Source of the DNA: Vicugna vicugna
Taxonomy: Eukaryota
Direction: 5' to 3'
Assembly (NCBI GenBank): GCA_013265495.1
Contig: MU057719.1
Coordinates: 994,001-1,058,000, forward strand
DNA: 64,000 bases
Position 1 is the first letter of the stretch. Each line of letters opens with the position of its first letter. This document shows, in pieces, positions 24,781 to 36,846 of this stretch. Both the position numbers and the translations under genes were made by a program. The notes below the pieces were generated by a model that did not search any database, was not told the origin of the DNA, and worked only from the letters and a program-made list of their open reading frames with translations.

Positions 24781-26851
24781 GGATGACAATTGACTTCTCA
24801 TTCAGCCTCTCTTGCTACTGTATGACCTTGACAAGGGGTCTCTGTGGACCCAGCTCTGCTCCCCCAGCTCCTAGTTTGGTACAGGCTGGGACATGCCCTT
24901 GGGATGCTGCCTGGAAGGACCCTCTCTTCCATCTCCAGTGGCTGGCACTGAGGGGTGGAGCCAGGTGGCTGGGAGCAAGGGGTGGAGACTGGAGAGCAGA
25001 AGAGAGTCTCCCAGGTGTAGGATGATTGGTCAGGACCACAGCTCAGGGCCTGTGGCTCCTCCCTGTCCAGCCTGACTCCCTCACCCGTCTCCCTGGGGCG
25101 GGGGGGGGGGGCTGGCACAGGGAGGATGAGCTGGAGCAGAAGGGCAGAGAGAGGGTCTTTGCCTCTCCCTCCCTCCGAGCCGTGCCGCTTTGAATTTTCG
25201 GATGGGGCTCATAGACCTGATGTTCCTGCCCCCCAGATGGGCCTCTCCTGAGACACAGGTGACAGCCTCTCAGCAGCAGCCTCTCCTGACACCTGCGTTT
25301 AAGTACCTCCTTATCCCCGTGTTTCAGAAACCTCTGGGACCAAGACCTTTCCTCTAGGAAGATGAGACCCAGGTGTCCATGGCCTCTGGGCTGTTGGGGC
25401 AGGCGACATGCCATGTGCGGTGAGAAAAGCAGCTCTCCATGTTGGACAGACAGCCAAGGAGAGGTGGGGGTGGGGTGGAATGCAGATCGGCCTTAGCTGG
25501 GGAGCTGAGCAGGGGCCAGACCCTCAGGGCTTCAGGGCCAGAGCAAGGGGCAGGGCTTGGTCCTGACAGCAGGGCAAAATCACCAACTAGGCCCCTCCAG
25601 GATCTGAGATGTGGGCAAGATACTGCCCCCGAGCAGGGACAGTGGCTTTGGGCACCCAGCTGAGAAGTCTGATTTCTGTCATGGGACTGATCTGGCTGGC
25701 GGGCCCCGGCCAGATCTGGGCAAACTGGAAACCTGCTGAAGCTCCTCCCACCCGGAACGGTTAGACGGGGCGCCCCGAGGAAGGGGCTGGGCTTTATTTC
25801 TCTGGTAGATCTGGCTCGGAGCCGGAGGTCTGAGCCGTGCTCACCTTCTGCCAGGCTGACCTCCACCACCCTTCCCCGGCCTCTGCCCCCAGGCTCCTCG
25901 CCTGTGGGTCCTCCCAGGAGCCATGAACCCCAGAGGTGAGTGGGGAGGGACAAAGACTCCAGGAATGGGGCCGTGGGCACCTCTTTGGGTATCTGAGAAC
26001 CTGGCCAAGGCTTCCCAGCTGCACCAGAACCAGCCAGCCTTGGGGGGGACAGCTGGGCGGAGGGGAGCCGGGAAGGTCTGGGGAGCTGTGTGTGTGTGTG
26101 TGGTGGGTGATCCTGGGCAGGGGCGATGACTGGTGTCTGGGGAACTAAGACAGGCCGGACATGGCTAAGGTGTTGGAGGGCGGAGGGCAGGCCCTTGGGG
26201 AGCTGTCCTGATTTGACAGGCAAAGCTGGTGCCCGGGTCTCCCGCAGGCAGAAGCACCCCCACCTGCCCCTCTCCGGGGCTCTCTCTCCCCTCCACTTGT
26301 CTGGGCCCCAGAGGAGAGAGCCGGTGGTGGAGGAGCTGTTTCCTCCTGTTGTAAAGACTGCCTGTGACAGAGCAAGCTGAAGTCCTCCCAGGAGCCTGGA
26401 CGCAGCCTTTTGCTGGGGGTGGGGCGGGGCGGGGGGAGCCCAGCGCACCTGCAGGGGAGAGGTTGGAGAGGAGGCAGGGAGGGAGAAAGAGGGTGGGAGG
26501 AAAGGGCCAGGGGAGAGGAGCTTCCTGCCTGTCGGTAACCCTGCCCTAATCTGGCCCAATGTACTTTGTGAGGCTGAGGGTCAAAATCAGAGAGAGGATG
26601 AAAAGCAGAGGGGAGGAAGGGAGAGAGTGGGGAGGAGATGCGAGACGGAGGAGGAAAAGGAGGGGGCAGGGCACCGCTAGGCTCCCCAGGATGGTCTATG
26701 CCTTGCACCTCCGTGGCTGAGGGGTGGAGGCTCTGTCCAGTCCCCCTCCCAGCCCCTCCTTGCTGTTGCCTGGCAACCACTCAGGCCCTACTCGTCAGAA
26801 CTGCCCCCACCCCAGCCTCCATGTCCCCCAGCCCAGCCCCTGAGTCTGCAG

Positions 26852-26954
26852 ATGGGGAAACCCTGGCTCTCCCGGCAGATGGAGCCTGGGCATCTGGACT
26901 CCCCAGGACCCTGCACAGGGGCACTCGTGGGCCCCCTTCAGAGGGCCCAGTGCG
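26852..26954 (+). CDS. Candidate first coding exon of the ABO-family gene (MGKPWLSRQMEPGHLDSPGPCTGALVGPLQRAQC); the start could instead be the ATG at 26879
   Basis: Perfect gtaagt donor at 26955-26960 in phase 1, compatible with the 36774 exon (G+AC=Asp); GC boxes at ~26421-26436. No recognisable sequence homology, so tentative. Confidence 0.45.
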
Positions 26955-28157
26955 GTAAGTGTCTGCACGTGAGGCCCGGTGGTCCCCTGCCCAGAACTCC
27001 TGCCCAGGTCCACCCTGCACACAGCCACCTCTCCTCAGAGTGACCAGGACACAGGGACCTGACCCTTGTGTTTGTGGATTCCCAATACGGCCCTGTGGGT
27101 GGAACCAGGCACTGTTAATTCACCTCATCCGTGACCCTTTGTGATGAACCTTCAGAACTGCAGAGTGAGGCAGGTGCTCAGCTTAATGGATTGGTTCTGT
27201 GGGCCCCGATCCCCCAGGTACCACGCACAGCCGTGGTCAAGCCCCAGCCCCTGGCGGCTCCCTTGATCGGCTGAGGGACCAAGGCAGGGGAGCAGCCCAG
27301 GGGGCTCTAGGAAAGCTCCCGGGCCTCTGCTCAGCCCGACCCCCTGAGAGCAGGAGGAAGTGGCCCTGCTGAGAAGCTGCGAGAGTCCAGGGAGGCTACA
27401 AAGCTCCAAGCACCGCAGGCCCGTCTCTCATTCCCTCCTGGCTCCTGGGACCGGCACTGGCTGTGGGGGCCCTGCCAGAGCCGGGAAGGGCGGTGGAGGG
27501 GGAAGGGCGTCTGTGGTCCTTCCGGGCATCAGGGCTCGGCGTGGGCAGGACCCAGGCCCCGGTCTGCTAACCGGTCCCTGCTAACCGGGGGCCCCGCGGC
27601 GTGCACATATCCTTGGAAGAGCAGAGCAGAAGCCATGACCACTTCTTTTTTGGATGTTTAGCAAAAAAATTCTCCTTCATCATGGGAGGCGACCAGACTG
27701 ACCTGGCTTAAGCCAGGCCTGGGGCGGGGCTCCCTGAAGCAACCCTGTTCCCACACAGGCCTGGAATGATGCACTGGGTGTTCCCCGGTCCAGTTTGTAC
27801 TGGGTCCCTAAAGCCCTGTGTTACATGAGTCAGAGGGGCCCTTGTGAGGGCAGGGTTGGCGGAAAGGGCTACCAGCAGCAGAGCTGGCGAATCCCAAGGG
27901 CCTGAAGGCACAAGAAACTGAATTGGGTCCAGGGCGCTCCTGCCGGGGTGCAGCTCCCCAAATGGACATCTGAGGCTCAGGGTCTCCTGGTCCCTTGGAA
28001 GGTGATGACCACTGCTCCGAGGACGGTCATGATTCAGTGGGGTCCACCGGGGTGGTGTGGGTTCTGATGCCAGCATACCACAGAGGCCAAGGCTGACAGC
28101 CCTTCTGTTTAGTCTCACGGGCAGCAACAGCCCTGGTCCAAGGGTTGGGGACCTGGT

Positions 28158-28270
28158 AGGGTGACCTTTCATCTCAGTTTGTGTAAGTCTTTCCTGGTTT
28201 TAGCATGTTAGTCTCGGGTCCTAAACAGGTACTCCATTGGTCCCCTGCAAACCAGGCAGGGGATCACCCC
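28158..28270. mobile_element. MER81-like hAT-Blackjack MITE
   Basis: tagggtgacc...cctggttttagca...aaaccaggcaggggatcacccc with imperfect TIRs. Confidence 0.55.
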
Positions 28271-29608
28271 GGACCTGGTTTTGAGCCCTAACATTGCCAT
28301 GAGTTCTAGGTGACCTTGGACAAGTTCCCCCTCCCCTCCCCCGCCCGGCTGCCTGTGACGAATGCGCAGTGCAGTGATTACCCTAGAACTCTCCTTTTCA
28401 AAACCCTTTATTCCCTCTCCCTCTCCTGAACATTAATCAGATGGTTTCAAGGGAGAAGTTCAAGGTAGCCTAGGGATGCCTGAGGCCCTTTGGATATTTA
28501 AGATAAATAATGAAAAAAACCCATCCATTTAAATCGCTTCCTTGATTAATGGATCACTAATTCTCTGTTCTTTTGACTTAATCTTTGTTGACTTAATCTG
28601 CCAGCAGCAGCACTTTGGGTGTGGTTTGGCTGCCAGCGCACACAGCCTCAGGAGCCCGCCCAGGAGGTGCAGCCTAGAGAACCCCCTCCCAGCAGCCCAC
28701 ACCCTCCCGCTTCCCCTCTCTGTGCCCCAGTCTCAAGCAAACATCGTGGCACCACTTTAGCCACCCAGGGGCCTGGCGGCCCAGCTCCCTGTCTCTGGCT
28801 CCTCTGACACCGGGAGCTTTCCTGCTGCTGTTGTTTCCCGTCCCTTCTCCCTCCTCCTCTCCCTCCTGTCATGCCTCTGGTCCAGCCTCACCGCCGCCCC
28901 CTCCCTCCCTGGGCTCCCTTCCCTGTCCAGACCCCATGCCCTGCACGTTGGACCTGGGCGCACAGGAGAGCTCCTTGCACATTGCCAACTAAACAGTGAG
29001 CTGATGGAGCCTTCAGGTTGTCCTGGGCCAGCCCACTCTGTTTCAGATGTGGGTGAGGAGTCGGGGGCTCAGAAAGTCAGCTGGAAAGTGCCAGAACCCA
29101 GAGCAGCCCCAGCCCTGAACTACGGGGTGGCTGTGCAGTACAAGGCGCAGGCTGAGCGGATTCCATTCATAGGTGTCCACTGAGCTCCAGACACCGTCTA
29201 GAGAGGGGACCAGAAAAGCATCAGAACACAGGTCACCGGTGTCCCCGGGCGGGGCGGACACCACTCAGGATGTCGGAAGAAACTTACAAGTAGAGAAATA
29301 GTTGAGCTGGCACGTGATAACCCGACGTTCAGCACCTCGCAGGGGAGGCCGGGGGAAGGCAGGTTACGGACACCAGCCATCCTGCATGGGGGAGGTGGGA
29401 ACAAAGTGGGGGTTTCTGAGGTCGGAAGTGGCCTTACTGGGCCGGGGCCACCTTCAGCCCATTTTCCGTTAGCTAGCTCAGGCCACCGAACCCCACGAGG
29501 GACAGGAAATGAACCTCTATGTCCAACCCATTTGTCTGCCTGCTCTTAAAGAAAAAAGATTATTGGGGCAAAATATACATAATAAGAAACAATATTTTAA
29601 CAATTTTT

Positions 29609-29714
29609 GGGTGGGGTAATTAGGCTTATTTCTTTATTTTTGATGGAGGTGTGGGGGAGGCACCAGGACCCCGTGCATGCTAAGCACACACTCTCCCACC
29701 GAGCTGTACCCCCC
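29609..29714 (-). mobile_element. tRNA-derived SINE (camelid Vic-1-like)
   Basis: Reverse complement reads ggggggtacagctcggtgggagagtgtgtgcttagcatgcacggggtcctgg...cctaattacccc; imperfect TSDs aatattttaacaattttt / aacatttgaacaattttt. Confidence 0.8.
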
Positions 29715-31425
29715 TAACATTTGAACAATTTTTAAGTGTACATTTCTGTGGCATTAAGTGACCAGGCGACTCGCGCTCTGCTGTGTGCACACCCGCATCC
29801 ACTGCCTCCGTCCTCCGTCGGTGGCCGGGTGGTTGCCTCCTCTTTCTGGCTCTCGGGAATAACGCTGCTGTGCGCGTGGGTGAGCGATACCTGTTGAGTC
29901 TCTGCTCTTACTGCTCCTGGATGGACGCTCACGCGAGGAGCTGCGGGACTGCGTGCGAAGTCTGTGTTTAATTTTTTGAGAAACTGTCGTACTTCTCCCC
30001 ACACCACGGTACGGGGACGCCTTTTGAAGGTGGAGCTGACAGCGCGTGCCGGTGAACTGGAGTGGGGGCGGGAGGGAAAGGAAGGATTAAAGATGCTTCT
30101 TTAAGGGGTTGTGATGCCCTGTGGTCCGCTATCATGAGACAGGAAGCGTGCCCCCCTGGGGGGTGTGGGGAGGGGGACCTGGAGTCCTGTGTGGCGGTGA
30201 CAAGGCTGAAGTGCTTCAGGGGGGTGGCTGTGAGCGGCTATGTTTCCTAGCTCACAGATCCACAGATGAAGGCTGCGGACAGGAGCGGGGAAGGGGCGAG
30301 GAGCCAGCCGCGCACACACGACATCCAATGCTCGGGTACAAGGTAGGGCCCCCAGGCGGTGAGCGCACGTTCAGAAGGGAGCTTGGGACCGAGCCTGGAG
30401 CGCCAACATTTGTGCTGCGGGACGTGGAAGCGCGGAGGCAGCTGGGCGGGTGTGGCCCAGGAAACGGACCACGGAGTGCACGGTTCACCTGCGGCTGACA
30501 GGTTAACTCAGAGAGGACAGAGGAGAGAACGCGGGTGAGGGCTGCGGAGGCGCCCGGAGCCTAAGGGAAGTCCCAGGGGCGCAGTCGGGGTAAAAGGCTG
30601 GTTAGCGACTGTGAAGAAAGATGAGGAAAAGGGCTGGAGGGCTCCGGTCTAGGAGACCGTCCTTTCCAAGTTTTTCTGTGAAAGGAAGGTGAGAATTGGA
30701 ATGGAGCTGAAGGGGGAAATGTCACAAGAAAAACATGAATAATGTGCAGACGTCACATTCTGCTGTGTCCCCCTCCTTCGTACTGACCAGATCGTGCCGT
30801 TTCTTCCTGCTCACCGGGCCCAGCACGCACCTTGCCCGGCCAGGGCGTGGCCAGCACCCCGCTGCTCACCGGATGGGTGAGAACTGGTCTGCTGCAATCT
30901 TCATTTGCTTGGCTCTTCCCCTAGGGAGGTGGAGTGCCTTCTGACCGGAGCTGTCATTGCATAGCCTTTGCCCTTAAAGAAAAATTCAACTGTTGGTCTG
31001 ATTGATTAAATTGTAGGAAGTAATATTGAGGGAATGAAGGCTTTTTGTGATACGAGTTGCAAACTTTTTTTTCTCTGAATTTGTTTCTTTTGGTTTTGTT
31101 TGTGGCTTTTCTTTTTTAAAGAAAACTTCATTTGAGCCAAATTTGAGGATTATAACCAGGAAAGTGCACCTCGCGAGCCTTGAGAACTAACCGGTCCCTG
31201 TGGCCGCTTTCACTCATGCGTAAACTTTTCATCTTCCTTGACTCATATTTATTTGTCCTCATTTAGGCATATTAAAAAAAAACTTTTGTCAAGCTTCGAC
31301 TTTTCCCTCTCCAAAATTTAAAAAGTAACACCTCTGTCTGTTATCCTGGTTTATTTATATTATATTTCATTTTAGTTGAACAGCTAGTACATTTATATGT
31401 TTCAAAACTAAAAGTGATACTTCAG

Positions 31426-31543
31426 CGGGGAGGGTCTAGCTCAGCGGTAGAGCAGGTGCGTGCACGAGGTCCGGGGTTCAATCCCCAGTACCTCCATTAA
31501 AAAAAAATCAGCCTAATTACCTCCCCCCCAAAAAAACCCACAA
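31426..31543 (+). mobile_element. tRNA-derived SINE (camelid Vic-1-like) with 17-bp TSD
   Basis: A box tagctcagcgg, B box ggttcaatcc, tail cctaattacctcccccc; TSD taaaagtgata(c/t)ttcag at 31409-31425 and 31544-31560. Confidence 0.88.
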
Positions 31544-32449
31544 TAAAAGTGATATTTCAGTTTATACCCTGAGAAGTGTCGCTTCCACCTGGTCTCTGCC
31601 AGCACCTCTCCCAGCTGCCTGCTCTTTATAGATAACCATTTTTATTCTTTCTTTGTGCGCTGCTTTTTTTATCTAAAGGCTTTTTTTACGTAAAGATAAG
31701 CGCAGGTGGCTCTGTAGGCTTTCTTACACAACAGGCAGAACATTGTTCGTTGTGCTGTCCCGTACTTGCTGCACACGCCCCGTGCATCCCAGCGGCTTCC
31801 CTATTCTTCCTGGCAGCCGCCTAGCACCCCTTGTTGGAAGCACCACGGTTAATTTAATGGGCCCCTTTACTGATCAACACTTGGGTCGTTTCCAGTCTTC
31901 CCCTCTGACGTACAAAACGTTCTCCGTAAATAGCAGCCATCTACACGCCTGCCGGTTTCTCTGCCGCGTGGATTCCCAGAAGTGGGTTCGCGGGGTCGGA
32001 TGCTAAGTGGGTCTGCTTCTGGGTGGGTATCGTCTGATCTCTCTTCTTGTGGGGTCCAGCCTTTCCTACTTTCTGCAGCAGTGTTTCTCAGCAGATCTGC
32101 GCACACACACTCAGTTATGGCACTATAAGGAGAAAAATTTAATTGTATTTAAATTGTCCCTAAAGAGAAAATTTTGGTATGAAGGAATAAGATTTTGTTG
32201 GGTAGGGTTAAGCTTTGGAAGGCCACAGATCATTAATGTCTAAGATTTTGTGTGCTCCCAGGGACAAATTGTCACCTTCCTGGGGTGATGTGCCTACGCG
32301 CCCCCTCCCTGCTCCTACCCCTGCATCAAGGAAGCACTACACCAAGTGTGAGCAGGCTCAGTTCCCATGGTCCCACCGGGGAGCAGCCGGTCACACTTGG
32401 TACTTTTGCCATCTGATGGTGAGAAATGAGATCTCACTGCGGCTTGATT

Positions 32450-34680
32450 TCTTTTTAAAAGGGCTTCAGGAGTAATTGACACAGAATAAACTACACATAT
32501 TTGAAGTGTGCTGTTAGATACATTCCAGTATCTGTGTACATCCAGGAAGCCATCACCACAATCAAGATAAGGAACACATCCATCACCCGCAGAGGTCCCA
32601 CCTGACCCAGGCCTGGGTCGCGCACAGCACCCGCTGGCCTGCTTTTTGTCACTATAGGCCAGCCTGCATTTTCTAGAGTTTCATATAAAAGGAGTTGTAC
32701 AGTCACCCTCCTTTTCCTCTGGCTTCTCTCTCAGGGTAATTCCTTTGCGATTCCTCCAGTCCGGTTGTTGTTGTTGTTGTTGTTGTTGTGTGGACACACC
32801 TCAATCTGTTAATCCACTCATCTGCTGTTGGGCATTTGGGTTGTTCTCAGTTCCTGACTGTGGCAGAGAAAGCTGCTGCAACAGTGCGGCACCGGCCTTT
32901 GTGTGGACATGCTGCCGTTTCTCTTGGACCAACTGAGTCATACGGTAGAAATGCCAGACTCTTCCAAAGTGGTTGTATAATTCTGGGTTCCCACCTCAAG
33001 CATATGCAAATTCCGATTGCTCCATAGCCTCACCATCATTTGTTAAGGCTGGTCTTTTAATTCAAATAGCTATATGAGGGTATCCTATTGTGGTTTTAAT
33101 GTCCATTTCCCTAACGAGTATAGCGTTGAACATTTTTCATGAACCCTTTTTTGCCATCTCTGTCTCCTTTGGTGAGTGAAGTGTGCTCAGATCTCATGCA
33201 TGGATCGATAGACAAGCTTGTTTTCATATGATTGGGTTTTAGACTCAGCTCCTTTAGCAGGAGTGATTTAGAAATCTCTTTTTCCTGGCCTGACTTGCCT
33301 TTTTATTCTCTTAACTGTGTCATTCACAGAGCAGAAGTCCTTAATTTTGAAGAAGTCCAATTTATGAATTTTTTCTTCTATGGATTTTGCTTTTGATGTT
33401 GTATCTAAGAAGTCTTTGCCTAAGCCAAGGCCGTAAAGTTGTATTCTGTTTTCTTCTAAATGTTTTATAGTTTCAGCTCTTATATTTTTGTCTTTGACCC
33501 ATTGGGGTTAATTTTTGTACATGGAATGAAGTTTGCCATTTTTGTGTACAAACTGACAGTTATTCCACCATTATTTGTTGAAAAGACTCTTCTTTCTCCA
33601 CCAAATTGCCTTGGCACTTTGTCAGAAACGAACTGACCGTGTGTGCGCGTGTGTACGCGCGCGCGTGTGTGTCTGTTTCTGGGCTGTATTCTGCTCCACT
33701 GGCTGGTTTCTCTCGATGCGGTTCACATGGCCTTGATCACGCTAACTTTCTAGCAGGACGGGATTTAAGATTGGGTCGTCCTTCAAATTTATTTATATTT
33801 TTCAAGGCTATTTCAATTGTTACAGGTCCTTTGCATTTCCATATACATTTTAGAATTCAGCTTGTCACCTTCTACACAAAATCCTGCTGGGATTTTGATT
33901 GGAATTATATTCATTCTATAAATTAAACTGGGGAGGTTTGACATTTTAACAACACTTAGTCTCCTGACTCATGATCATGGTGGACCTCACCGTTTTTACA
34001 GACTGCCTTAGTGTTTCGCAGCCATGTTTTGCAGTATCCCCTGCACACATTTTGTACATTTTGGGGGTCAGAGTTATCTAAGTATTTCATGTTTTTTATA
34101 CTATTGTGAATGGTGTTGTGTTACTAATTTCCATTTCTGAATATCCATTGTCAGCATATAAAGTAACAGTAGATTTGTGGATGTTGATCATGTATCCTGA
34201 GGTTTTGGTAAACCCACCAACTCACGTGTTAAGCCTAATGCTTTTTTAAACAGACGCCATCAGATTTCCTCTATAGATGAACATGCTGTATGAAAATAAA
34301 GACAGGTCTGCTTTTTCCTTCCCAATCTGAGTGCATCTTTTTCTTTCTTTTTAAAAAAGCACCTTATAGAGGTAAAATGGACATGGAATAAACTGCGTGT
34401 TTACTTAAAGTGTAGAATTTGGTAATTCGATGTGTTTACACAGACAAAACCTTCACCACAGTTATAAAAGTGAATGTAACCATCACCCTCCAAGCTGCTG
34501 TGCTCATCCGTCCTCCGTCCTGGCCCCGCCCCACTTACCTGCCCACTCCGTCCCCAGGCAACCACTGTTCTCTTTTCTAGCATTAAGATTCGTTTGCATT
34601 TCCTAGAATTATACAGACGAAATCCTACATTAAGTACTTGCTTTCATCTGGATTTTTCCCACCTAGCATAATTTGTTTTA
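32450..34680 (-). mobile_element. Fragmented antisense LINE-1 (L1M-type) in ABO intron 1, including (TTG)n at ~32765-32790
   Basis: Reverse-L1 strings (ccatcaccacaatcaagata, gagcagaagtccttaattttga, atttgttgaaaagact, ggtcctttgcatttccatatacattttagaatt). Confidence 0.75.
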
Positions 34681-35377
34681 AATTGTGACTCTGCGCCTAA
34701 TTGATCTGATTCTCTCAGGCACAAAAGATTTGGGACAGAACAGACTCTTAAATGTGACAAAAACTTACTATGCACTTAAAAACCTTGTCGGTCTATTAAA
34801 CACAAATTGGGCATATCAAAGTCCCTTAACATTTAAAATAGAGGAAACAGTTTATATAAAATGATACGATGTTATCAAATTCATTGTAAACTTGTATACG
34901 AACATGTTTCTGGATACACCCCAGAGTTTACAGACCCCTGGGTTTTCACATGTTCACATTCAGTCAAAGGGGGCTGAGGTGTGTCTCCCAGACCAGATGA
35001 GATTCTTTGGCAAATGTTTCTGGGTCGCACCCAGGTATGCATGGTTTTCTTATCCAGCACCTGGGACCCCCACGTATTTTTGATCACCGAGATCTGGCTG
35101 CTGGGACATCAGACTTGGGCCTCTGACACCCAGTGACACGGTTCTAGGAGGGGTGGGAGAGTCTTTGTCCAGCGGAGTTGTTCATCACATGCCCTGGAAG
35201 TGCGGCGCTCCCGCAGCGGCGTCCCGCGCCTGACTGGTTTTGCTGTGTGTGACTCGGGTGTTAGAGCTGGCAGGGGGCTAGACGTGAGCAGAGAAAGTGG
35301 GGCACGGGCCACATGGCAGGAAACCTCACATCATGTGAACAAGGGGGTCCCTGGCAGACAGAGGAAAGCAGGAAAAT

Positions 35378-35994
35378 TGTTGCAGCGATTTGGTTCTTGT
35401 CTCCTTGAATTCAGAGACGGGACTCAGAGGTTAGGAAAGCAAAGTGGGGATTTATTAAGGGGTAGATGGGATGCTGTCAAGGGGAGGGCGGGCAGGCTCG
35501 GGCGGGCAGCTGCGCCGAGTTGCCTTGGTAAGTTGCTTCCATGGGGTGTGGAAGTGAATGGGCGGCGGGATTGTCTCTGGGGAGGGAGGACTTTGGGGTC
35601 GTGTTTCCTGATTTCCACCCCAGTTCCACCTTCCCGAGGGGAGCAAGGATTTTTGTCCTTGATCTGTTACGGAAACGATAGGCCAGCCAAGAATCAAGGA
35701 CCGCTCGGAGGGTTGGAGCACTCAGGTTTCTCACGCCGGCGGGCTCAGAGGGGCTTCTGCTCCGGAGCCCTGAGCACCTTCAAGACCTGTGTGCAAGGCT
35801 TTACAGGGTGCATTACAAGCTTGGGATTTTTAGCCAATAGGGCGCAAACGGCTCAGCAATATCACTAAACAGAAGCAGGGAATCAGTAAACTAGAGCTTC
35901 TCTAATAAGAACAGATCAGTTACCAGCACTAATTAAACTCAGACTTACGAGTTAGCCCAGCAGAACTCAGGTCAGCAACCCGACGCTTGTCACA
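35378..35994 (-). mobile_element. Probable solo LTR
   Basis: TG...CA termini and a reverse polyA signal (tttatt) about 75 nt from the left end; layout typical of an antisense ERV LTR. Confidence 0.5.
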
Positions 35995-36773
35995 CTGAGA
36001 TTTACGAGCAGGCCCAGCCCGGCTTTTCCGGCGCAGTTCAGCCTGGGTCGGAAGTGCCGCGACATCCGTGCCTGCCGGCTAGTTCTAATCTGCAAGGCTG
36101 ATGTTATCGTGATGAGGGCGTGATGAGCACAAGTTACACTCGGACGCCGCAGATTCCTGCCTTTCCCCACCTTTCTGTGTCGGCCTCCAGGCCACTTGTT
36201 ACCCCCAGATTTGTGACCTCTCACCAGTCCTGGGGCTCCTGCTTCCCTCTGTCTGCCCGGGGACCCCCCTTGCCCACATGATGCGCGGTTTCCTGCCGTT
36301 AGGCCTGTGCCCCTTCTCTGCTCACAGCTGGCTACCTGCCTGCTCCAACTGCGTGAGCTCCCACAGCCTTAGGGCTTCAGGGCTCTGGGGGCTTGGAGTC
36401 CCCTCGTGAGCTGGGTCTGTGCCCCTTTGTGCCTCACAGTCCTCCTGCATCTCTTTATCGACCTGGAGGTCAGCTCAGGGCCACATTCCACTGCACCCCC
36501 TCCTTTGGAGCAGAGGCCTGGTCCCGGCCCCCAGGGGCCTGCCCACAAGCAGGGGCACCCAGGCCGGGGCTCAGGGGCTGCAGGGAGAGGCTCACGGGAC
36601 GATGCCTCCAGGAGAGGTATAACCCACCCCCCCTGCGAGCACAGGAAGGGGAGAGGGCTTTTGGCTGGAGCCAGCAGGAGGCGGTCCCTGGCTGGTGCCC
36701 ATTGGCCTCAACAAGATGATTCAAGGACCAGATAACTCAGCTCCCAGTAACCCAGCCTTCCTCCTCTCCACAG

Positions 36774-36846
36774 ACTTCCGGGGAGGGAGCTCCAAGTCCT
36801 GGCTGTGCCTGGTCCTGCTCTTGGCTGCGTGTCTGGGCTTCTACAG
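36774..36846 (+). CDS. ABO: ABO-family exon 2, transmembrane anchor (DFRGGSSKSWLCLVLLLAACLGFY)
   Basis: cctcctctccacag acceptor and gtatga donor; phase 1/2 as in human ABO exon 2; hydrophobic type II Golgi anchor. Confidence 0.75.

Noticed and set aside
25354..26559. 401-aa minus-strand ORF; also examined as a possible lipocalin (LCN1/OBP2) pseudogene expected from human synteny
   Set aside because: Pro/Ser/Gly low-complexity composition, with no convincing lipocalin GxWY motif or exon structure.
31426..31500. tRNA gene
   Set aside because: It has A and B boxes, but the anticodon arm is disrupted and it carries a SINE tail and TSDs, so it is a SINE.
34690..35110. Possible processed-pseudogene fragment (68-aa minus-strand ORF)
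   Set aside because: No recognisable peptide, polyA tail or TSD; left unassigned.
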